Shown here: positions 37,737 through 49,220 of the stretch, piece after piece
How the letters are laid out: the number at the start of each line of letters is the position of its first letter
Numbering within the stretch: position 1 is the first letter of the stretch
Assembly (NCBI RefSeq): GCF_006345805.1
Contig: NC_043004.1
Location: 107,012,001 to 107,076,000, forward strand
DNA: 64,000 nucleotides
Direction of reading: 5' to 3'
Source of the DNA: Octopus sinensis
Taxonomy: Eukaryota
Program-made: the position numbers and the translations under genes
Notes under the pieces: model-generated
Told to the model about the DNA's origin: nothing
Seen by the model: only the letters and a program-made list of their open reading frames with translations
The model's database searches: none

Positions 37737-38723
37737 TATATATACATATATACGACGGGCTTCTTTCAGTTTCCATCTATCAAATCCACTCTCAAGGCTT
37801 TGGTCGGCCCGAGGCTATAATAGAAGACACTTGCCCAAGCTGCCACATAGTAGGGCTGAACCCAAAACCATGTGGTTCATAAGCAAGCTACTTATCACAC
37901 AGCCACTCCTACGCCTCATAGTTGAAAAGTTGCATATCCCTTTTACATTTAAGAATTCGACCACACTGCTGAATTTCAGATCAGAAAGTTCCAGCAAATA
38001 CAAAATATGGAAAAGTTTCTTTTGGAGAATTGGAGATCACTACCTTCCCCTGATTCAACAGCTGCATTGCAGACTTTAGACTCTTTCTCTAACCTCATTA
38101 CTGCACACTCAAAGGGGAAATGACTAATTCTCTTCTTTTTTCCTTTCTTTTTCTATTTTTTTCCACCCTTCCACTTTTTTCAAGCACTTTTGTTTCAGTT
38201 TTGCTGTGATTTCTCTTTTTTCCTATTGTCCTGATTAGTAACTTGTACAGGCCATGTGCTCAATGCCTGAAGATTACTTGGAGACACTAAGCATGTTTTT
38301 AAAACCTGCCTAGATAACATCTTCAATGTATGAAACTATTTGTAGCTCATAACTGTAAATTGTCAACCACATGATTAGGGTTCAGTCCCTCTGCGTGACA
38401 CATTGGGCATTGGGCAAATATCTTCTACTATAGCCTTGTATCAACCAAAGCCTAGTGAGTGGATTTTGCAGGCAGAACCTGGAAAAGGCCTGTGTGTGTG
38501 CGTGTTACCACTGCTTGACAACTGGTGTCGATTTATGTTTCGGTAAGTTAGTGGTTCAGTAAGAGAGACCAATAGAATAAGTACCACACTTAAAAAAAAA
38601 AAAGCACGGGGATCAATTTTTTCAACTAAAATCTCAAGGTAGTGCAACAGCATGGCCACAGTCCCATGACTGAAACAAGAAAAAAGGTGTGTGTGTGTGT
38701 GTGTGTGTGTGTGAGTGTGTATG

Positions 38724-38762
<39 letters not shown>

Positions 38763-41700
38763 CTTAATTTCGAAACGTACGTCCGTAGGTGACTTAAAAT
38801 TGTATGCCGGTGACACGTAAAAGCACCATCCGTTCGTGGCCATTGTGCCAGCTCTGTCTGGCACCTGTGCAGGTGGCACGTAAAAAACACCCACTACACT
38901 CGCAGAGTGGTTGGCATTAGGAAGGGCATCCAGCCGTAGAAACACTGCCAAATCTGACTGGGCCTGATGAAGCCTTCCGGCTTCACAGACCCCAGTTAAA
39001 CCGTCCAACCCATGCTAGCATGGAAAACGGACGCTAAATGATGATGATGATGATGATATATATATATACTAGAATATAAGGATAAAATCATGTTAATGAC
39101 TTTTATCAAGTAGTTAGCATGCAATAAAAATTTATAGATAATTTACACATTAAGATAAGAATTATATATATATATATATATATAATATATATATATGTGT
39201 GTGTGTGTAAATAATTAAATTAAGGCAGGAAGGGCCAAAAGAAAAAAGCCTGTTTTTACAGCTTTAATCTAGAAATTGGACCCAATTCCCAATTAACATG
39301 AAGTCTTTTTAATGTCCTTTCACTCGCCTGACTACAATCCGTGTATATTTTGGGAGTTTTTTGGTAGCATCAGAGAGCCTCGGCATTTTCCACCAAGTCG
39401 GTTTCTTTTTTTTTTTTTGCCTTTGCTCCCTTAAAATAATTATATACACATATAATTATCATTTTAATGTATGTATGTATAATTACTTATACTCGTGTGC
39501 ACAGACACATGCACACTGCACTGATGTGAATATGCAAGATAGGAATGTCTGGAAACATTTCAAGAGAACTGTCAGCTAGAAACAGAAGTTCCCTCTTAAA
39601 TTGCTGACATCCTCAACTAAGACAAAGGTCAGACAAAGAAGTTCAAGGATATAAACTGCAGCATTCTAATTGAGATAGCTTTGACCTTTCAAAGATGCTG
39701 AAGACAAGAGTGAAGTAAGAATTCCAACCGTTTCCATATATTATCGTTTTTGTGTTTTTTTCCTTCTTTTTATTCATTTTCTTTTTAAACATAATTGCTG
39801 TATTTCGTATTCTGTTCGAATGGGTTGGAGAGTAAACTAAGCAGTTGTTGATTATTGATAAAATATCTGTGCTTAGTAATATTCCACTTTTCATAGTTGT
39901 TTGCTTCTGTAACCACAGCCTTGAACAACACAGAATTTCTAATCAAATGATATCATCTAAATCTATCGAAATGCAGCATATGCCATACACTGTGTTGAAA
40001 ATCTTTGACGAAACGTGATTGCCTACGCAAGTATTAAACAAAATCTCCTCCAAGATGAGCTAAAACTAAAATTGAAGAAACAAACAAGTAAGGGAGATAA
40101 CTCCAATGTGATCAGTTGATTAATTTTTCTGGTTATTACTCACAATATATTTTGAAGTGTCTCACCCATATTGATAACCCTGATCAATGTTACAACATTC
40201 TCTCTCTCCTCCTTTATACATATATATCTGTTTGTGTGTGTGTGTGTGTATATGTGAGTGCATGCACGTGTGAGTGCACAGACATGACAGAAGTAAATAG
40301 AGAACCATAAAACATCATTTTATGTTCATTCTCACTTGTAACGGTTTATATATTTTATTAATTGACATTTTTATGTTTCAGGTTCTATAAGTGAGTGTTT
40401 AATCATGGTATGTACAAAAGAAACCTTGGAACTGTCTCAATTTCAAAGAGGCCATATTGTGGATCATTCTGAAGGTGGACATAGCATGAAATTGCAGAAA
40501 ACCTTGGGATCCCACTTTCTACAGTTAATAAAGTGATTGTGCTATTCACATATAACAATTAACAAATAATTTCAATGTATAATTTCAGATTAATGATTAT
40601 AAGGGGTCTATTTACTTCTGTCATGTGTGTGTTTGTCTGTGTATGCACACATGTGCATACATGTATACATATATATGTGCATGTGTATTTTAGATAAGGA
40701 GCAGATTTTTACTCTGTAGAATTGAAGGTAAGCCTGTTATTCAATATAAGGGGAGGAAAATAGTTAAATTACATAATAACTAAGATTAATATTGATCTAA
40801 CTAACTAGTATCTGAGATTAATATTGGCTTAGTTACCCAGTATCCAGGATTCAGAATGGATTACTCGGAACCTTATACTAAAATAGGATTCTTTTATCTT
40901 TTACTTGTTTCAATCATTGGACTGCAGCCATGCTCAGGCACCACCTTGAAAGGTTTAGTCGAATAACTTGTCCTCAGTACTGAGATTTCTTACTTATTCT
41001 GTTGGCTCCTTTTTGCTGAACCGCTAAGTTGTAGTGTTGGCTAGAAAAACAAGCCAACACCAGTTGTTGAGTGATGGATAAGCAAAAACCCAAAGACATA
41101 CATATATGATAGGCTTCCACACAGTTTCCGTCAACCAAATTCAATAACAAGGCATTGGTCAGCCCGAGCTGTAGCAGAAGACACTGGTCCAAGGTGTCCC
41201 ACAGTGGGATTGAACTCAAAACCCTGGTTGCAAAGCAAGCTTCTCAATCAAAGAGCTATGCCTGCTCAATATCTATTTCTAGTTGGGATCAATACCGGTG
41301 TCACATAATTGCCACTGATGCTGGTGGTACATAAAGAAAAGTACCCTTTACATTCTTGGTGTAGTTGTTGTTATTAGGAAGAATGTCTAGCTTTGGAAAC
41401 CATGCCAAATCAGACTGGAACTTGGTGCAGCTTCCCAGCTTACCAGTTTCAGTCGAACCATCTAAACCTAGGCAGCATGGAAAGCATATGCTAAATGATG
41501 ATGATAGTGATAAAACTCTTTTCTACTCAAGGCACAAGGCCTGAAATTTTTGGGGAAGGAGCCAGTTGATTAGATCAACTCCAGTGCGCAACTAGTACTC
41601 AATTTATCAACCCTGAAAGGATGAAAGGCAAAGTCAACCTTGGCAGAAATTGAACTCAGAACATAAAGACAGACTAAATGCCGCTAAGCATTTTGCCTGG

Positions 41701-42113
41701 CATGCTAACGTTTCTGCAAGATGGCTGCATCTGTATTTGATGCTGAAAATGATAAAATTGCAAACTTAATGTCTGGGATGAAGGAAAAATTACTTACTCA
41801 ATATCTAAAACCATGACAGGATCAGAATTCTGTTTATCATTCGGTGTGTTATAGAAAAGAATTTTTCTGCTACTCGCAACCACAAACTGTTTTTTCCAAA
41901 TTAATTTCTTGGTATTAGGTTTGTGCGGGATTGCCAACCGACCTTCCATCACATTGTCTGAAAGTTGGGAAAGAGAAACAACCAATGAGACATTGCATTA
42001 TCTACTAAAACAGATATAAACATACTAAGTTATAGTTATATGCAAGAGTAAAAATAAGGAGAAACTGAGAGACAAGAATGAAAGATTTATGAAGTGTGGA
42101 TGTATGAGGGAGA

Positions 42114-42167
<54 letters not shown>

Positions 42168-42594
42168 TGTAGAAGAGACTGGTGACACAAGCTTTCATTC
42201 ATACTTTGAATTTGGTGATACTAGCTGTGGCTTCTAGCTCGCTCTGATACTGAGTTGAGTTGGTGCCTTCTAGTATCTCAAAATTCAATATTCAATCATT
42301 CATGATTGTTTGTATCCTGCGCTGATGAAAGAAGAAGTCTGGGTAAAGTAGAGTTATCTAATTCTTATGCTTTCCTAAGACTTGATCTCGAAACGTACGT
42401 CCGTAGGTGACTTAAAACTGTATGATAGATTGCCGTTAATTCATTCTCTCTTGCCTGTTTATGTTTGCCTTTCAAATGCTGTGTCTTTACTGTGATCTCC
42501 CTTTTAGTAGAAGAAATAGCTATAATCTCTTTGACTGCTATTTCTAAATTCGGTGTGTGGTAAGGCAATTCGTTGCTAAACCCTTAATTGCTTA

Positions 42595-42693
<99 letters not shown>

Positions 42694-45600
42694 TATATGT
42701 ATATAGTACCTCTCACTTTTATTTATACATATATATCATCCTCATGTGGGGAATGTTTGATCAGAGAAAACTGGGTGCAAGAGCAGAGCCCAGCATGTAC
42801 AAGTAAAACACAATGGTTTTAGGATCTCCCTGCTACCATGACAAATAGGTCGCTCATGTGTCTGGAAGAGCATTGTGGTTAACTGGTAAGAAGTTTGATT
42901 CCTGCCCACATGGTTCTAAATTCAGTACCACTGCATGGCACCTTCACCAAGTGTCTTCAACTATAGCCCCAGGTCAACCAAAGCCTAATGAGTGGATCTG
43001 ATAGAGAGAAACTGAAAGAAGTCAGTCATGTGCATGTGAGCATGTGTGTGTTTGAGAGAGAGAGAGAGAGAGAGAGACATATGCCAGTATCCTTTGCTTT
43101 CTAAAGACCCTAACTTTTGCTGAGCAATACACCAGCATTAGTGGCCTTGACATCAGAATTATCATGAATGCCAGAAAGTCAATTCTGGCCCACAATGATT
43201 CCTTCTGGGTGAAAAGAGAAGCAAGCCATTGTTCAATGTCTCAATGGGGAGCTTTGACAGGGCTGAAATCGCCTGACCTCGTCGGGTTATACAACTTGGA
43301 TACCTCCAAGAGACATAGGTCAGCCCTCTACAGGGATGACAGCCACACCATGGACAAGTTTAGGAAGGATTTGATAAAAATTAAAATATTTAAGGAGTTC
43401 GGCCAGTCCATAATGGTTACCACTAACCTGACTACAGTCAATTTCTTGGACGTAATCTTAGACCTCAGTACAGGAAATTACTACCTGTTCAGGAAGCCTA
43501 ACGAAGATACAGTATACATCTACAAGTACTCAAACCATCTCCCCACTGTAATTAGAAACTTAGTAAATGATTATCTAATCTCCTGGCCAACAGAGATCTT
43601 TAACAGGGCTGCCCCCCACAACAACAATGCTTTGGCCTGGGGCCGGTTTAATGAGTTCACATATGTGGACAACCCCCAAACACCCTTTCCTCACTCCAAA
43701 AGGATTAGGAGAAGAATAATATGGTATAACCCCCACTTTCAACCTAGAAGTTTCCACCAACGTAGCTAATGGCTTCCTGTCGTTAATTAAGAATCACTGC
43801 ACCAGAGGCTATAAGTATTACAAACTTTTGAATCCCCATAATGTCAAGATGAGCTACTCCTGCTTAGACAACATCACATGCATCAAGACATAAAAATGCA
43901 CCCACATCACCCCCAACCCCAACCTGAAACTTCTGAAACCCCACCATGTGTCCTGTAGATGGATCTTGTCTCTCAAGGGTCATAGTAAACAGAGCCAACC
44001 TTACATCATCCAATGGCATTAATAGGCACTATATGGGTATGACAGCTAATGACTTCAAAGGAAAATACTCCCAGCATATGCACTCACTCAGATTCAGAGA
44101 TAGAGAGAACTCTACTTTCCTGTCTCGTTTTCTCTGGAGACTCCATGATCTCCGAGATGAAATACCCAGCATCAAGTGAACTATTGTCGACAGAGCACCA
44201 CCATATTCACCCAGCACCCCTAACTACCAGCTCTGCCTCCACAAAAAGCTGCATATCCTCCAACAACCCACATTATCCATCAACAAGATATACAATTTAT
44301 CATGTCTTTGTGACACTGACCCTAAGGCCCTTCGAAGCTACCAGGGGCAACCTGTCTTGAATTCCTGTTATTGCCTGGAGGACTATGATGAATAAGAGGG
44401 GGCTGAGGGCTGATCCTTGGTGGACCCCAACTTCTACCCGGAATTCTTCACTATACTCATTGCCAATCCTAACCTAACTAATGGCATCTCTGTATAGGGC
44501 CTGTACAGCTCTTATTAACCATTTGTTAATCCCCAGTTTCCACATCGCTCACCAGATAAGGGATGGGGAGACCCTGTCAAAGGCTTTCTCCCAAGTCCAC
44601 AAAAGCCAAGTATAGGGTTTATCTTTGGCTAGGTAATTCTCCTGCAGTTGCCATACAAAGAATATAGCATCAGTGGTGCTTCTACCCAGCACAAAACCAA
44701 ACTGCATCTCATCTAAGTGGACTCTCCCTAATTAGTTTGGCTATGATCCTTTCCGTGACTTTCATCACCTGATCCAGCAGTTTGATACCCATGTAGTAAT
44801 TTCTATCTAAAGCATCACCTTTATCCTTGTAGCAGTTGACTATGGTGCTGCTATGCCAGTCATTGGGTAGACTCCATCATGAACTACCTGATTTACAATA
44901 CAGGTGAGCAGGCCATAGCCCACACCACCAGATGTTTTAAGCATCTTAGTAGTGATTCCTGATGGGCCAGGGGATTTTCCTGGCTTCATACCCTTAATTG
45001 CTTTATCTACCAGAGAGCTGTCTATTCGGAGAGCTGGTCCTTCTACTGGGTCAATATTTGGCAAGCTCTCCTCCTATTCATTCTCCATGTTCAGCAGTCC
45101 TTTCATAATGGCTTCTCCAAGCCTCTTTCTTTTCCAAATCATTAAAAGCAAGTGCACCATCATCCATGCGGACACATTTCTCTCCTGTGACATCACAATT
45201 TTCTCTCGCACACTGTCTTGCAATCCGAAATACTTCAGTTCTTTGGTCCTCACATCACTGGACATTGGCAAACTCCTTCTTTTCTGCTTTGCCCTTGGCT
45301 ACGTATGCCTGTCACCCAGCCTCCCTTCTGGCTATCTGGTACAGTTCCCTGCTACCCCCACCCTTCTAGGCTTTCCAGGCCTGTTTCTTTGCTCTAATGG
45401 TTTTGTCTACCATATTATTCCACCACCACTTTACTCTAGGTTGGAAGGGACTTTGCATCATTCGCAGACTTGGCCTGTGGCACTCAGTAAGCTGTCCTGT
45501 AAGAATTTCCAACTATTTTCTATGTCTGAGGTCTGTAGTTCCTCCTCCCTCTCATCAAATTTCTTGATGGGGGTGTCCCTAAATCTCTGACCATGTGAAG

Positions 45601-48600
45601 GGTTCTTTAGCTTCCAAATCCTTCTTTTCTGGATTGGTCTGCTTCTTGACATCTTTCTGGCCACAAGTCTAAAGTCACTAATGACTAGTCAATGCTGGGG
45701 GGGGGGGTACATTCTTCACCAGGGAGGGTCTTTGTATTTAAGAGCAACCCTGTGTCCTGCTGTCTGGTGAGGATGAAATCAATCTGGCTTGCAGAGTCAC
45801 CTGATTGATAGGTTATCAGGTGGCTGTCTGGCTTCCTGAAGTTAGTGTTGCAGATCTATATATATATAATCATCATCATATACACACACACATGCATGCA
45901 TGCAAGCATGCACACACACACACACATACAGATAGACAAACAGACAAAGGAAAAGAGAGATGTATACATGCAAAAGCAGGTATTTCAATGAGGACGCAAG
46001 CAACAGATATATCTCTGAGACTTATAAATACATAGGATCATAAATGTCAATATAACCAGTTAGACAATTACCGATCAGACAGATAAACACGAGATACTAA
46101 CCTGTGAGACCATCCTCAGCTCCAAACTCCTCAACACTACCGCTATTTACTGAAGTGTTGTCAGGGTTAGCGAGCTTCTGTTGTAACTGTTCAATCTCAC
46201 TGTCTTTGGCATCCAACTCCATCTGGAGCTTTGACTTGGCCTGAATCTCATCGTTCATCTGGGCAGTCATGTCAGAAATATCTCTCTGAAACTTCTCAAC
46301 CATTTTAGTGTATTTCTCTCGCTCCATCGTCAATTCCTGCTGAAGACGACGGCATTCTTTATCCCGTTTGCGAAGGGCTCCTGAATTAGAATTGGTTGGT
46401 TTCTTGCTTTTGTCAGCAAATTCCTTTCTATTCATCACCTCAGCCAGTTTATTCACAGCCTGACATAGAAAAACACAAAGATCGGTAGAGGAAACAATGA
46501 CAACTGTTAGCTTTCAAGACAATATCTGATATTGGAGATTAAAACTGAACAAGATTAGCTATTTCTTACAACTTTAATGCAGTGCTACATTAAACCACTA
46601 AACAAAATAAAAACATGCTTAGGGCATCAAGGGAAGTGGGGTGCACTACAGAAATGGTAAATGGTTTATGGCACCAAAGAAATCACTTGAATCTTGTTAA
46701 AATAATATTCAAAGTGGTTTATATGATTAGAAATATAATTTTGAAGTGTTCACGGTGTCATAATGAGGATCTGATCAAAGACTTTGCAATTAAAAAAAGT
46801 AGGAGAAAACATTTCAAATAAAAATTTAAGTAGAAGCATACAAAAATAAACATTATTTCCATCTCACTATTCATTCTGTTTCATTTTGAAAAATAAAAAT
46901 TTAATATTGTTTATAACTTGAATTACATATATAACGGGGCACCAAAATAGTGTAAGTACTTAGGGCCCCAATGGATTATAATCCAGCCTTGGTTTAACCC
47001 TTCAGCATTTAATCCAGCCTAAATATTCTGTTTTTTGTTCAAACTGGCCAGATCCGGCTTCTTGCACCGACTCAATTTTTGTCATACTAAACATAAATAG
47101 TAACTGAAATCTGAAAGCTACAAGATAATGCAGGATTAATTCAAAATAATGTGAATAGATAAGCATTAGATTTGACAGAATAATCTGAGTGCTAATGCAA
47201 TCAGTTCACCATTTTTGAAAGTAGGAAGAGAGTTAAATTAATCATGAGGGAAAATAATCAGAGCAGTGGTTAAAAGTTTGCCTTAATGATATTTTAACTG
47301 ATTAGATAGACTATACTATTCTCTTCTTCTGATTATATATCTTATACTTGTTTGAGTCACTGTGGAGGCGCAATGGCCCAGTGGTTAGGGCAGCGGACTC
47401 GAGGTCGGAGGATCGCAGCTTTGATTCCCAGACCGGGCGTTGTGTGTGTTTATTGAGCGAAAATACCTAAAAGCTCCACGAGGCTCCAGCAGAGGGTGGT
47501 GGCGACCCCTGTTGTACCCTTTCACCTTAACTTTCTCTCACTCTCTCTTCCTGTTTCTTGAGTAATGCTGCGATGGACTGGGGGGAACACATATGCTACA
47601 GAAACCGGGAAACTGGGCCCATGAGCCTGGCTAGGCTTGAAAAGGGTGCATAGATAAATAAAATTGTTTGAGTCACAGGACTGCAGCCATGCTGGGGCAC
47701 CACCTTGACAAGTTTAGCCTAATAAATCAACCCCAGAGACATGAGTCTTAGTGGTTAGAGTAATCAAACTCATGAGTTCAATTCCCAGTGACATGCTGTA
47801 TCCTTGAGTAAGACACTTTATTTCATGTGACTCCAGTCTACTTGACTGGCAAAAACAGGTAGTACCTGTAATTCAAAGGGCTGGCCTTGTCATATTTTGT
47901 GTCATGCTGACTCTCCCTGACAACTATATTAAGGGTACATGTTTGTGTGTGTGTGGCGGGGGGGGGGGGTGCTTAGCCACTGGCTTATTAATTTCCTGAG
48001 CAGACTGTTCCATTGATCGGATCAACTGGAACTCTCATTGTCGTAACCAACTGAATGCCAGTTTTACTTATACTATCAGTCTCTATGTTAACAAGGATGT
48101 AAACAAACCAACACAAACACAGACACATTCTCACATGTGTGTGTGTGTGTGTGTAAGATGGGCTTCCACATAGTTTCCATCAGCCAAATTCAATCACAAA
48201 GTATTGGTTGTCATAGAGCTATAGCAGAAAACATTTGCCCAAGGTATCACGCAGTGGGACTGAACCCAAGGGATTGTGGTTGCAATGCAAGCTTCTTAAC
48301 CACACAGCCAGTAAATAAGTAAATTCTTTCATTTTGAGCAATGAAATATAAAGAGAGTAGTGTATCTGAATTACAAGTTATTCTAGATCAGTTGACCCTG
48401 GAGACCAAAATTGGCCAAGCTAAATTTTTTTCCAGGATCTATAAAGAGATCAAATACAAGGCCAATAGTTATCTCTGGTTTCCATGGCATTAAGCAAATG
48501 AAATCTATTTCTCTGGATAGGATGCTTGTCAATTAACAGTTTTCTCCACTGATACAAATTCTTCTCTATCATTCAATACTGCATTGGTGACAAGGGTTAG

Positions 48601-49179
48601 TTACAAGAACAATGGTACCTACTAGAGCTCTGGCCCCAGACCTATAAGATGTAGGCACCTTCATTACAAATTGTATACAAACCCCTTAACCTTTTAGCTA
48701 CTTTTACAGGGCTCAACTGACTTCGGCCCACCCATCCTCTCATAAAGTGAAAAGATTGTTTAAAAACTGACCATAAAATTCTATCTTGTTTACATAAATT
48801 GTGCAAACAGTGGAGTGGATCATCCAATTATATGAAATTACTGAAGATGACAACACAAATAACTTTGATGCAAGGCTCTCCAGATAATTAAAATCATTGG
48901 CTTCTAATATCAGACAATGTTCAAGGTGGATGTCAGTTGTAATGTGGGAGCAAAGAACATGTAGAAAATTTTCTGATAGAAGGAATTAAAAAAAAGAAAA
49001 AAACTAAAACCCAAGTGGTATCACTAATGATGGTCAGTGTTAGTAAACATTAGTTGATAAGGTTTGTAAATAAGTGTGTGTTTGTCATAAGCGTTCAAAT
49101 AGGAAGTTAAAGTAATTCTAGCTAAAAGGAATGTAAAATGATATGAACACAGCAGTATTGACTAAACTGTCAAAAAGCT

Positions 49180-49220
<41 letters not shown>

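Noticed and set aside
38960-38995. CTGATGA-AGCC/GGCT hairpin
   Set aside because: No GAAA follows; sister copies read ctggtgcagcc, so it is a chance variant.
44177-44179. In-frame TGA in the Naiad-like endonuclease as possible selenocysteine
   Set aside because: Falls at the conserved IKW position (TGG to TGA), not a Cys; the copy is otherwise decayed.
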